A stretch of 64,000 bases of DNA, from NCBI GenBank assembly GCA_040384565.1, contig JAZKJC010000003.1:87195-151194 (forward strand). The letters run 5' to 3'. Under the pieces are notes generated by a model, which was given only the letters and a program-made list of their open reading frames with translations, searched no databases and had not been told where the DNA came from. The DNA comes from Patescibacteria group bacterium. GTDB lineage: Bacteria > Patescibacteriota > Saccharimonadia > Saccharimonadales > JAZKJC01. Positions 10,601 through 18,939 of this stretch are shown piece by piece. How positions within the stretch are numbered: position 1 is the stretch's first letter; the number at the start of each line of letters is the position of its first letter. The position numbers were made by a program, and so were the translations under genes.

Positions 10601-13600
10601 GGTGTCAGCCGTAATGTATGCCGAATTCGCACTAGTAGATAGGACTTCGAAGGCAGCGTTGGGATTAGAAATGTTTATACCCACTCGGCTTCCGGTGATG
10701 TTTACTACACCATTGGTGGTCTGTAGATTTATGTTGCCATTCACTCCATCGCTGTTACCGCCCGTACCTTGCGCACCAGCCTGCAACGTAATGTTGCCGC
10801 CGTTGGGTCGAGCAACTAAGTTGCTACTGTCGCCGCCGTTGCCAGCAGTGATTGAAATATTTCCTCCGTTGCCACCAAAGTTACCGCTTGAGCCATTTCC
10901 GCCTGTGCCACCGCTGAGTACTAGATCTGCGCCAACGCCCCCAGGCCCGCTTGAGCCATTGCCGCCCGTACCGCCAACCACGCGCAAGGCAACTGGTGCA
11001 GCGCCACCAGTCCCAGCATTGTTGCCGTTTGCACCAGCCACATGTAGTGTAGCGGTTGGGTTGGTAGTCCCTATGCCGACGTTGCCACCAGCCCCCTGCA
11101 AAACCAAGTTGCCCGTGCTAGATAAATTCCCATCACTCAAAGTTGTGCTCCCTGCCCCCGTCACTACCCCGCCCAGGAAGTAGCCCTGGAAGTAGCGGTT
11201 GGTGTCGGTACTATAGGCTGAACTTGTCGCACCAATGCTTTGAGCGTTGACCTTAGTGATGGTTATATCAGCATCGTAGCTGACGGCTGGAGAAACCGTT
11301 AGGGTGGTAGTGCCGCCACCTGAGACAATACGAGTGTAGTAATCCTGGCCAGCGTTATTGATCCAGATGATGTCGTTGTTGGCAAAGCTGCCAGCCGCGT
11401 CAATAGTGACGGTTGTAACGTTAGTACGGGGTGTAGACTCAGTATTGCCGGTTGTGCCGGTGGTAGTAACGTTGCCTTGGACAAAGCCACTGGAATCAAC
11501 CTTGAAGAGGTCACCGGAGCCGACTGTCAGAAGCGCTGCCGGTGAGGCATCACCGATGCCGACGTTGCCCAATGCCGTAGTTCCGTCATGAGCGAGAATT
11601 ACGTTACCGTTACCTCCTGCAGCTGATCCGCCCGCCACATACACATTATTTCCGGAACCTATTGCCCCGCCATTACCGCCTCTTAATATAAGCCTCCCTG
11701 GTGTTCCGCCGGTGTTAGCACCTGCTACAATAGTAAGGTTACCTCCGCTATTTCCACCCACAACAATCGATCGGTCTACTCCGCCACCAAAGGTAAGATC
11801 AGCAGCTAATGTAGTCGTACCGATCCCCACCTGTCCATTTTGATCAATCACAAACGGTGTGGTGTCACCTGAACTATCATCAACCCGCAGAGCATACCCT
11901 GTACCCAGGCTATTAATAAACATACCCCCGAAGGCACCAGTGTTTAGTTGGTCTACAGTTAATGGGTAGGTGCTATCTGAGCCGGAAGATGCAGGATTAC
12001 GGATAATTATTGAGTCATCAGCTGTTGTCAGGGCAATGATGGCATCTGAGCCATCGGCGTCGGCATTGTAGGCGGATTGGAGGGTTGTCGAGCTTGCACA
12101 GTTATTCAGCGTTAAAAGACAGAAAGTATCTGTAGTGGCTGAGCTATTGGGAATAGTGTAGGTCCTGGAGGCAGTGGGGTCGGCTGCTGTGATGGTGAAG
12201 TTATTAGCGTCATTTGTTGTGCCCTCAAACTTCAGATCGCCGGCGCTGGTGACACCGAACTTGTCATTATTACCGACGGTTAGTAAATAGGCTGGGCTGG
12301 TGTCGCCGATGCCGACGTTGCCACCAAGAAATTGAGCAACATAGGAATTGCCGGTTGCATTAGTTGGGGCATTCACCGTCAAACCATAGGCATTGGTGGT
12401 AATGCCCGCAGCACCAACCGAAAAATTTTGAATCAGTAGCGCGTGTGAGTTTGTGATGGTGGCGTTAGAACCTGTTCCTGGCGGGCCGGTAATTGCAGCA
12501 GTGGCAGCATTGGTAATAGTGCTGCTGCCGGTAAAGTTATAGGTTGGAGCCTGTATCACGAATGCACGTTGCGTAGCTAGGGCTCCGGTGGCAAATGATA
12601 CTGAACGGGATAGGTCAAAATCAACATCAATTGACTCGGTGGAGGCGGTTAGGCCGGTATGAGCACCTGCCCTTACCCGCAGTGCCAAGGGAGTCCCAGA
12701 AGTAGCCACCTGCTGCAGGACGTGCAGAGTGGCATTCGGGGTATTTGTGCCTATGCCGACTTTGCCAATCGCGGCAGCTGCACCAATGTCATAGGCCAAA
12801 ATGGTATTGCCGTGTAGCGTACCAACCACATCGGTCCCCCCGTACAGATAGGCATTTCCGCCGTTGCCGCCTGAAATTCCGCTGTTGCCGCCATGAAGGT
12901 CCAAATAGCCGCCGGCTGCCGGACTGGTGGGCCCAAAACCCTTGGCCGCATGAATGCCCAAATTGCCACCGGTTTGCCCACTGGCCCCAACTGACGGCGG
13001 TAAGATGGTGATAACCCGATTGCCATTGCCAAAAGTCAGGGCTTGGCTGGGATTTTCCAGCGCCGTCATGGCGATGCCGACCCGGCTATTAGTCGTATCA
13101 ACTACCAGCGCCTTCTCTCCGGCGGTTGCAAGCACCTGGAAAGCGGTGGTGGAATTGGCTAATTGATTCTGCAAGGTGGTATGGCCATTACGATTGACGG
13201 TAAAAGAAGCGGAGCCAATACCGCCGGCATCATTATCACTCACTAACTGCAGGAGGTTGCTGCTAGTGCGGGCATTAACCGTCAACACCGTTTCACCGAC
13301 ACCGGAGTTATGTCCGGTTAAGACAGTCAGGCCGTCATTCACAGCAAGATTAGTGCTATCCCACAAACTAACCCCAGTAAAACCACCGCTGACACTGATG
13401 TTAAAGGCGTCAACCCCAGCGTTTTGAACTGAAAATTTACCATTCGAACCACTAGCAATATTGACGAAAAAACTGCTATCGGTAGTGGTATTGGCCAGTG
13501 TAACCAAAAGGTTGCGAGCGTCAGTTGTGGTAATGGTATTGCCGGCGTTGTAGGCAGCTTGTAACGTTCCGCCGGTACCGGTGCCGAAGCAGTTACCTAG

Positions 13601-16600
13601 TGATAATAAGCAAAAAGTATCGTTGCTGGTAATAATAGGGACATCGACTATACGGTTGGCAGCCTGATTAAGACTGCGAATACTCAAAGTTTGGCCACTG
13701 CCATCATGCAGAGCCAATGAACCTTGTAACGCCGCTGTACCAACAGTGGCAGTGGCACCCTGAACTGCTAAGGTACCGGCAATGGTAGTATTGCCACCGG
13801 ACGTCACGTCAAAGTTGGTGAAGTCTATGACTGCCGTGGTGCCTTGCAACGTCTGGGCAGCCAAATCAATACCCCCACCAGCGACAATCTGGTTATTGAA
13901 CGTCTTAACACCAGCAAACGCCTGAGCACCAGTGGTAACAGCACCGGCTTCGGTGGCAGAAGCATTGCCAATAGCTAATGTAATATCATCTGGGTTTGTT
14001 ACAACGTTCAAAGTCCAAGTGACAGACGCCGACGTACCAGTGGCAGCCGTACTGAGGAAATTAGCCCCCGTTGCTCCAGTTCCGTTAACAGACACATCGT
14101 CACCCGTGCCGGTACCGTCAGTGGCACAGATCCAGGTGTTGCCAGTGGTTTCGTACTTCAGGACTTCGCCGTTAGCACAATCAATTAGAGATAGGCCATT
14201 GCCGTCAACTTCCAGACCTTTGCTGGCTTGGAGTGTCAGGGCGATGTCATTAGCATTCGCTACAATACCGCCATTGGCCGAAGCCACGTTTAGGGTTAGT
14301 ACTCCAACTGTACCACCGCCTGTTAAGCCGGAGCCAGCCGTGACACCAGTGGTGGCATGGCTAGCGACATTGCCGCTGGTCACAACCGTGCCGCCCTCAT
14401 TCAAGGTAAATGTCTGATCAGCCGCCAGATCGGCAACATCCAGAATGGCGTAGAAAGCACCGGACGATTCACGAATCTTCAGCTCTGAGCTGGAGTTATC
14501 CAGAGTAATATCAAAGGCACCACTTTGCAGCCAGTCAGCCGTCAGGTTACTAAGCGCAATCGTCGGCGTACCGCCTTCAGTGTTAGAGGTTCCAGATATA
14601 CCGTTCCCGGCGGTAATTGTGGCTACATAATTGCCATTTGTATCTGTACCAAGATCAATCGTGCCGACACTGACCACCCCGGAGCCGTCGACTTCCAGAA
14701 AGCCGTTTGTGAGGCTTGAGAAAGTGGCAGTACCGCCGACAGTTATGCCGCCGGTGCCTTGGAGGAGTCCTGAGCCGGCATTAACGCCAACTGCCGTGAC
14801 TGCACCGGCACTACTGACATCAAAGTTGGTAAAGTCAATGACAGCCGTGGTACCTTGCAGAGTTTGAGAACCTAAGCTAATACCCCCACCAGCGACGATT
14901 TGGTTGTTGAAAGTCTTAACGCCGGCAAATGTCTGGGCGCCAGTGGTGACAGCTCCTGCCTCAGTGGCCGAGGCGTTACCAATAGCTAGGCTAATGTCAT
15001 CTGGCGTAGAGGCTCCGACGAGCGTCCAGGTAGTGGCCGTAGAAGTACCGGTCGCGGCCACGTTGAGGAAGTTAGCATCATCTGCAGCTGTGCTGTTGAC
15101 GCTAATGTTATCGCCTGAACCGCCACCGTTATCGGCAGCGCAGGCCCATTGGTTGGAGCCGTTATATTTAAGGACCTCGCCACTACTACAATCAATCAAT
15201 GACAAGCCGCTGCCGTCGACTTCCAGGCCTTTGTTGGCTTGGATTGTTAACGTTATGTCATCAGCATTTACAACGATTCCACCATTACCGGAAGCAACCG
15301 TCAGCGTCGCGTTACCGGAAGCTGCGCCGCCAGTTAGACCAGCTCCGGCAGTAACATCAGTGATCACACCGCTGACTTCGCCTTCTGTAATGCCGCCGTC
15401 TAAGACCTCTAGTTCGACGCTTGTGAGTGTTGCACCTGAGGTAATGATACTGTTGGCACCAATGCTTAAATTACTCGTTAACGTCAGGCCGGCAAACTGC
15501 GGCGTTGCGGCTGTGCTGATGCCTTGTATTGTATTTATAACACCACTTGCTGCTGAGAAGTTCGTGGCGTTGAAGGCGGCAATACCTTTAGTTGTGCCGT
15601 CTGCCGCCGCATCATCAATGGTAATAACGTTACTGGAACCCGTGGCGTTATTGATAGTCACAGCCGGGCCAGTTTGACCGTCAATACTTGTCAGACCGCC
15701 ACCGCCACCACCGCCTAAACAGGCATCCCAGAACAGCGTGCCTGAGCCATCTTGGGCCTTGAGACATTGGTTAGCGCTACCAACGGCACCGGGCAATAGT
15801 AGTGAATAGCTGGTACTCACATCAGGCAGATTCAAAGTAATAGTCTCTCCGTCACCGTCGTGCAATACAATCGATGCGCCTTGGGTAATCGTACCGAGTG
15901 TGGCACTGCCGCCTTGAACGATGATGTCAACACTTGTGGTTACATTAGTGCCATCATCAGAAATAGTCGAATCGACGATATTATTACCGCCTACCCCGAA
16001 TTTACTCAGTTGGTTTTGGGTACCGCTACCGGTGATACCGCCGCCGGCGCCGGCGCAGTTGCCACTATCCAAACAGATTGTGCCGGTACCGGTCGTGTAA
16101 TTAGGCAAGGTGTAGGTTCGGTCAGCTGTCAGGTCACCGACGTCTAGCGTGCCGTAGAAGGCCCCAGATGATTCCCTAATAGATAATTCACTGGCGGCGT
16201 TATCCAGCACGATGTCAAAGGCGCCAGTCTGGGTCCAGTTAGCCGTCAGATTACTGAGGCCCAGCGCCGCCGTCCAGCCCTCACCGGGCGTCCCCGTAAC
16301 TGCAATACCGTTGCCGCCGGTGGTGCTGGCCTGATAGTTCCCAGCCGTTTCAGTCCCCAGATCAACTTCCGTACCAAAATTGTTGGTCACGGTGATGCTG
16401 CCGCTGGCGTTACTGATAGTGATCCCCGCCCCTTGGGTAAGAGTCGCTAGGGTATAGCCCGTTCCATTACCGATAAGCAACTGGCCATTGGCGGCAGCAG
16501 AACCATTCACACCAGTCCCGCCATTACCAACCGGCAGGATACCGGTGACTTCGGCACTGGCCAGATCGACGCTTGTACCAAGTGTGGTTTGCAATGAGCC

Positions 16601-18760
16601 GCTGCTGATCGTCAAACCGGTGCCAGTCAGATCGGTGAAGGCATCGCCATTGAACGTAAAGGTGTCGCCGGTCTGAACAGCCAAGTTGCCGTTGGCCGTC
16701 AGCGTGCCGGAGAATGTTCCAGTGCCCGTGACGTCAAAATTACCGCCAAGCAGGCTCAGGTTCCGCGTGTTGTCCAGCTCAAGCGTTGAGCCGTTTTGGA
16801 GTAACCAGCTATCGGCGATAGTCTGGGCACCGCTGAAGTAAGCAATCCGGTTTGTGTTGCCCGTGCCTGTGATGCCGCTGGCCGCATCGCCGTTGTCGTC
16901 TTGACAACCAATGTTACCGGATGCATCTGTCGTCAATACACCACCATTAGCAAAGGTGGTACAGTTTAGTCCTGTTAAGCGTACTTGATCAGCACTGGTC
17001 AGGACAATGTCATTGCCGGCGCCATTGCTGGTAATGGTGGTGGTTGAACCTTGCAATAGAGCCGTTTGGCCAGTTGCCCCAACCGTTAAGGCACCGCCTG
17101 GAGTAATGCTTAACGCCCCGCTGCTTTGCAATAGCGGCGTTGTCACACTTGAGGAAAACGTAGGGTTGTTGATCGTATTAATGCTGTAGGTGCTATTGGC
17201 ACCGCCATCGGAACCGATTAGATTGCCGGTAGGCGTAATAGCTCGTTCACCTGTCAGTGTACCGTCATTGCCTACGGTCACATAGGCTGCACTGTTGGGC
17301 GCCCCGGTGGTATCGCTATCTGTATCACAAGCCCACTGGTTAGCACCATTATATTTGAGGATTTGGTTGAGTCCACAATCGATTAGCGACAGGCCGTTGC
17401 CGTCAACTTCCAAGCCTTTATTGGCTTGTATCGCAAGCGTAATGTCATCAGCGTTTACCGTAATTCCATTTCCGGCACCGATGTTGAGGGTTGTGGCTGC
17501 GCCAAGCGCGACACTACCGCCATTCGTTAGACCGCTACCGGCTGTAACTGTCAGTGAAGAATTGACCAGCTCGAGGTTAGAGATTGTGGGACCCAGTAGT
17601 GACACATTGGCACTAAGCCGTAGATCATTAAGTGTTCCGCTAGCCATATTGCTGGCATTAAGCGCCGTTAAGGCCGATCCATTGCCAGAAAAGGCCACCG
17701 CACTGATATTGCCACTAGCGCTCAAGTCTCCAGCGACTGATACAACACCAAGCGCCTGTGACAATAGGGAATTCTCAATATTTGTAGCTGAGGTAAAGAC
17801 TGGAATTGTGCCAGCAGTTCCGCCACCAGTAGTCACCCCAGCCCCAGCGCCACCGTCATCATTGGCACAAATAACCTGGCCAGAACCATTAGTGGTTAGC
17901 GTACCGCCATTGGTCAGGACACTACAGTTCAGTGGCAATGTTAGCATTCCGCTCATTGACAGATTACCGTTGAGCGTCAAACCAGCAAAGGTTGGTGAGC
18001 TGAGCTGCGCCAAATCCTGGGGCCCAGCCAAGGTAATTGTGCCGTTAGCGGTTGATACTGTAATTTGATTGGCTGTCCCCTGGACAGTGACCACGCCGAC
18101 TTGATTGTTGACCAGACTGGAGGCTGGAATTGCCGGCACAACCACCTGGCCAAGCCGGTTTTGCAGCAAAGCAAGAGTAGCGTTGGTTTGATTGAGAGCA
18201 GCCTGAGTCGCTAGGTTACAGTTATTACTATCCAAACAGAGCGTGCCCGAAGCGTTAGGTAAAATAAACGTTTGGTCGGCTGTGGAATTTTGCGTTTTTA
18301 GAGTGGTCGCGTAGTTGCCATTTGAGAATCTCAACTCGCCGCGGGTCGCCAGGTCACCGTTTACCAGCAATGATTCACGGGCAGTGTTTAGCTCTTTGGG
18401 GATTGTCGATAAATTGGCGTCTTTGAGAGAGATGTCTTGGGGTGTAATTGTCGCTTGCTGGGCTAGTTGATTATCCGAGCCGCGCCGGGCAAAGAACAAT
18501 ATGCTTGCCCCCGTAATTAGTATTACAAATATGGTGATCCCGATTGAAACAATCATGGCCTTTCGGCGGGAGAAAGAAAATCCTCGAAAGTTTGACTCGG
18601 AAGAATAGGTTTGAGCCTGAGAAACAACATTTTGTTCATGCATTTCTAAGGACTCTGCTGGTGTTGGTATTTGAGCACTGTCGTAGAAACCCCCAGAAAT
18701 GGGAGTACTTACCGAGTCGTTTTGACCTGTATTGGCGGTATTAAACCGCTGTTCATCCAT
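4601..18760 (-). CDS. Giant (4,719 aa) membrane-anchored surface protein built from tail-fibre-like modules
   Basis: From the ORF track. A ~66-aa N-terminal tail precedes one TM (AMIVSIGITIFVILITGASILFF, ~18488-18556). Fibre motifs include GILPVGNGGTG and 3x GLEVDGxGLSLIDCxxGEVLKYNGSNQWAC. A repeated ~430-aa super-module runs TTAFQIQ..DTTNSR..LVLDTKNTAGDPTGVNGAxYYNSNTNKFRCFENSAW..TLQxAYNxDADGSDA..TPFVIDQNGxVGIG..GGxGGxG blocks..GNVGIGTxxPxAxLHV. The C-terminus has an ADLAEWIKY..LIGVVS..GRVPVKV block (~5245-5640) resembling a Peptidase_G2-type chaperone domain, and the last ~90 aa look like an H-type lectin. Confidence 0.9.
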   Translation of the reverse strand: MDEQRFNTANTGQNDSVSTPISGGFYDSAQIPTPAESLEMHEQNVVSQAQTYSSESNFRGFSFSRRKAMIVSIGITIFVILITGASILFFARRGSDNQLAQQATITPQDISLKDANLSTIPKELNTARESLLVNGDLATRGELRFSNGNYATTLKTQNSTADQTFILPNASGTLCLDSNNCNLATQAALNQTNATLALLQNRLGQVVVPAIPASSLVNNQVGVVTVQGTANQITVSTANGTITLAGPQDLAQLSSPTFAGLTLNGNLSMSGMLTLPLNCSVLTNGGTLTTNGSGQVICANDDGGAGAGVTTGGGTAGTIPVFTSATNIENSLLSQALGVVSVAGDLSASGNISAVAFSGNGSALTALNASNMASGTLNDLRLSANVSLLGPTISNLELVNSSLTVTAGSGLTNGGSVALGAATTLNIGAGNGITVNADDITLAIQANKGLEVDGNGLSLIDCGLNQILKYNGANQWACDTDSDTTGAPNSAAYVTVGNDGTLTGERAITPTGNLIGSDGGANSTYSINTINNPTFSSSVTTPLLQSSGALSITPGGALTVGATGQTALLQGSTTTITSNGAGNDIVLTSADQVRLTGLNCTTFANGGVLTTDASGNIGCQDDNGDAASGITGTGNTNRIAYFSGAQTIADSWLLQNGSTLELDNTRNLSLLGGNFDVTGTGTFSGTLTANGNLAVQTGDTFTFNGDAFTDLTGTGLTISSGSLQTTLGTSVDLASAEVTGILPVGNGGTGVNGSAAANGQLLIGNGTGYTLATLTQGAGITISNASGSITVTNNFGTEVDLGTETAGNYQASTTGGNGIAVTGTPGEGWTAALGLSNLTANWTQTGAFDIVLDNAASELSIRESSGAFYGTLDVGDLTADRTYTLPNYTTGTGTICLDSGNCAGAGGGITGSGTQNQLSKFGVGGNNIVDSTISDDGTNVTTSVDIIVQGGSATLGTITQGASIVLHDGDGETITLNLPDVSTSYSLLLPGAVGSANQCLKAQDGSGTLFWDACLGGGGGGGLTSIDGQTGPAVTINNATGSSNVITIDDAAADGTTKGIAAFNATNFSAASGVINTIQGISTAATPQFAGLTLTSNLSIGANSIITSGATLTSVELEVLDGGITEGEVSGVITDVTAGAGLTGGAASGNATLTVASGNGGIVVNADDITLTIQANKGLEVDGSGLSLIDCSSGEVLKYNGSNQWACAADNGGGSGDNISVNSTAADDANFLNVAATGTSTATTWTLVGASTPDDISLAIGNASATEAGAVTTGAQTFAGVKTFNNQIVAGGGISLGSQTLQGTTAVIDFTNFDVSSAGAVTAVGVNAGSGLLQGTGGITVGGTATFSSLTNGFLEVDGSGVVSVGTIDLGTDTNGNYVATITAGNGISGTSNTEGGTPTIALSNLTADWLQSGAFDITLDNSSSELKIRESSGAFYAILDVADLAADQTFTLNEGGTVVTSGNVASHATTGVTAGSGLTGGGTVGVLTLNVASANGGIVANANDIALTLQASKGLEVDGNGLSLIDCANGEVLKYETTGNTWICATDGTGTGDDVSVNGTGATGANFLSTAATGTSASVTWTLNVVTNPDDITLAIGNASATEAGAVTTGAQAFAGVKTFNNQIVAGGGIDLAAQTLQGTTAVIDFTNFDVTSGGNTTIAGTLAVQGATATVGTAALQGSLALHDGSGQTLSIRSLNQAANRIVDVPIITSNDTFCLLSLGNCFGTGTGGTLQAAYNAGNTITTTDARNLLVTLANTTTDSSFFVNIASGSNGKFSVQNAGVDAFNISVSGGFTGVSLWDSTNLAVNDGLTVLTGHNSGVGETVLTVNARTSSNLLQLVSDNDAGGIGSASFTVNRNGHTTLQNQLANSTTAFQVLATAGEKALVVDTTNSRVGIAMTALENPSQALTFGNGNRVITILPPSVGASGQTGGNLGIHAAKGFGPTSPAAGGYLDLHGGNSGISGGNGGNAYLYGGTDVVGTLHGNTILAYDIGAAAAIGKVGIGTNTPNATLHVLQQVATSGTPLALRVRAGAHTGLTASTESIDVDFDLSRSVSFATGALATQRAFVIQAPTYNFTGSSTITNAATAAITGPPGTGSNATITNSHALLIQNFSVGAAGITTNAYGLTVNAPTNATGNSYVAQFLGGNVGIGDTSPAYLLTVGNNDKFGVTSAGDLKFEGTTNDANNFTITAADPTASRTYTIPNSSATTDTFCLLTLNNCASSTTLQSAYNADADGSDAIIALTTADDSIIIRNPASSGSDSTYPLTVDQLNTGAFGGMFINSLGTGYALRVDDSSGDTTPFVIDQNGQVGIGTTTLAADLTFGGGVDRSIVVGGNSGGNLTIVAGANTGGTPGRLILRGGNGGAIGSGNNVYVAGGSAAGGNGNVILAHDGTTALGNVGIGDASPAALLTVGSGDLFKVDSSGFVQGNVTTTGTTGNTESTPRTNVTTVTIDAAGSFANNDIIWINNAGQDYYTRIVSGGGTTTLTVSPAVSYDADITITKVNAQSIGATSSAYSTDTNRYFQGYFLGGVVTGAGSTTLSDGNLSSTGNLVLQGAGGNVGIGTTNPTATLHVAGANGNNAGTGGAAPVALRVVGGTGGNGSSGPGGVGADLVLSGGTGGNGSSGNFGGNGGNISITAGNGGDSSNLVARPNGGNITLQAGAQGTGGNSDGVNGNINLQTTNGVVNITGSRVGINISNPNAAFEVLSTSANSAYITADTGAAAYTTTSLMQGLTIRNTNTNSTGFVGISFASSAAANSGNATIGAVRTGTDSNALVFATRCNGCSTTERARIDQSGSLGIGTTAPASMLSVGASNQFQVDSTGNILASGNLISTGNHTLSQGANRTISVAQASSGNGYNLTVQAGSANAGGTGGDLNLNGGSGGSGVSPGGNVRIQGGASGNGTNGGNVYIDGGTTSGTPGNILFSTVTAGRVGIGLSGPSALLHVSGTGGGSSLLRVTDTTATARDVFDIADGGATTFRNQTDSTTAFQIQNAAGTNLLVADTTNSRLQVGSTTADATGALLVLDTKNTAGDPTGVNGATYYNSNTNKFRCFENSAWADCITSASASTLQGAYNADADGSDATIALTTADDSLIFSNPAASGSDSDFVLKVTQLATGASKSGLLLTSAGGSSGYALRVNDDGTDTDSTPFIIDNAGNVGIGLASPTSILHILGPNQATAGAAAVQTLQVTGGTGGNGTTGAGGAGSLLAMLSGTGGVGGVSGGGLGQTGGAGGALTLTGGTGGAGGNGTDGVAGGGVGALGGAINITSGAGGQGGSAGAGTGLDGADGGAGGNINIQTGVGGGGGGDGCGGSCNSGQTGAYGNITMQASGGNVGIGTSTPGALLHVSSTGSTDLFKVTDTSTTAQDVLKVADGGATTFRNQTNSTTAFVVQSTTAGNELFQIDTTNSRIYIGDTTADATAALLVLDTKNTAGDPTGVNGASYYNSNTNKFRCFENSAWGDCISAASTLQSAYNTDADGSDAIVALTTADDSIIIRNPASSGSDSTYPLTVDQLNTGAFGGMFINSLGTGYALRVDDSSGDTTPFVIDQNGRVGIGVTSTPGSMLQVDGPSATTAGAAATPVLQVFGGNGASVAGSAGGNGSLISLQSGNGGSAGQAVGSMNGGNGGVLTLATGSGGQGGLSFNSISAVGGVGGALSVTTGAGGGGGTINTFGGDNGGAGGAFSLTTGVGGAGSQGYNGTNAGSGANGGNITITSGTGGIGGSACPGCEDPDGPGVNGGNGGSGGTITIQGGTGGTGGPAGTGTAGTNGSYGNVILQSSGGFVGIGDATPDAKFDIDATFSPATTGTTTNTGSGLTVSNTVNKTAGTDTTYGQQLTVTRTGATGGTINTYGLDIQATGDTGGTSTLTGLNVNVSGADTNYAALFNGGYVGIGTTTPSALLSVGTGAASNFKVNADGDITSSFTTLNGSTTANGAGTNSTTLILTSATNFDVGNYVQVDPTGANTCSGAVTVCYAKITAIATNTLTISPALTWDNGAAVVEMHIPELGGVDLTQSLTNRYGRGYFIDGIVTGNGSTYFTDKSIQQTVGGSTFNFLDNGNTSTINFGTSATTTNFSGSVTTNTLNVLGPNQPADSGAAAVQTLNVVGGIGGSGADSGNGGTGSSISLASGAGGAGGSGIQFTGNNGGNGAAAGDITISGAIGGAGGNGGEAYYEEAGCGGYCGPGGNGGNGSNGGRLVLQGGAGGNAGSGASGSINGTDGTAGLFGNITLQASGGNVGIGMSSPSRKLDVTGTWGGNVSTTATSDSATTSTVSTAALAYYVQSTDTTGDCNTADKTFNITGLPSSEGTFAYIVSKATDNNCTSNSVDVTVQINGSTIGTVTAANTVNGSVTENYTVAYINGTWRIVGLNSGTAQAANGSDTADLAEWIKYTGTKPQPGDVLTVGDSTVSVKQSTLAYDSKLIGVVSTTPHTVMGTDDGQSVVLALTGRVPVKVSLEGGAIQVGDKLTSSSTPGVAMKASGAGRIIGIALDAYDGTQTGNKVMVQLGIGYNSEPTTDIQGNSATFNTLTILGDATINNLTVTNTITTKDLTVTGTATIQNLTVSGVSTLAELTVTGNAKVQGTLTVTKLVIKDTLIIESHIISRGTAPQAVLGAASGTGTGTPIDPATMPTIALDGTDTTGTISVRTATASNRGVLATIKFNKAFERTPKIVISANDELSLLLQVYVRKTADGFELVAINPAADNTTYNFDYVILAAAPTP
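8112..8307 (-). repeat. Intragenic 196-nt repeat, copy A (100% identical to 11841-12036)
   Basis: Base-by-base comparison of the two stretches. Both encode ..TADDSIIIRNPASSGSDSTYPLTVDQLNTGAFGGMFINSLGTGYALRVDDSSGDTTPFVIDQ. Confidence 0.85.
11841..12036 (-). repeat. Intragenic 196-nt repeat, copy B
   Basis: Identical to 8112-8307. The flanks diverge immediately on both sides. Confidence 0.85.
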
Positions 18761-18875
18761 GTATATTTTATGTGTTTGTTTGGGAGCACCCCTGTTACAG
18801 AGCTGCTTTAGCCTCTTATAGCTACATTATCCCACATAAAGTGTAAGAGAGGTCATGAAATTGCGCAAGTAATTT

Positions 18876-18894
18876 TGAATACATTTATTATATC
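18876..18894 (-). promoter_or_regulatory. Candidate extended -10 promoter of the 4,719-aa gene with a conserved box
   Basis: Minus strand reads TGATATAAT (TATAAT = 18892-18887) followed by AAATGTATTCA, ~125 nt upstream of the ATG at 18760. The same TATAAT-WW-ATGTATTCA box is at 2810-2828. Confidence 0.35.
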
Positions 18895-18939
18895 ATTCTC
18901 CTGAACTTATCCACAGGATGTATAGACTGGCGGGTAGAT

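Noticed and set aside
8112-12036. Diversity-generating retroelement (TR/VR pair) targeting the giant gene
   Set aside because: The two copies are 100% identical rather than differing at adenines. Both are internal coding modules, and no reverse transcriptase gene is in the window.
18907-18915. Perfect DnaA-box 9-mers TTATCCACA here and at 3009-3017 (shared 13-mer AACTTATCCACAG), suggesting oriC
   Set aside because: There are only two boxes, 16 kb apart, with no cluster, no AT-rich unwinding element and no dnaA/dnaN nearby. About 0.5 perfect boxes are expected by chance in 64 kb on both strands. They may be part of a small repeat, but they are not an origin.
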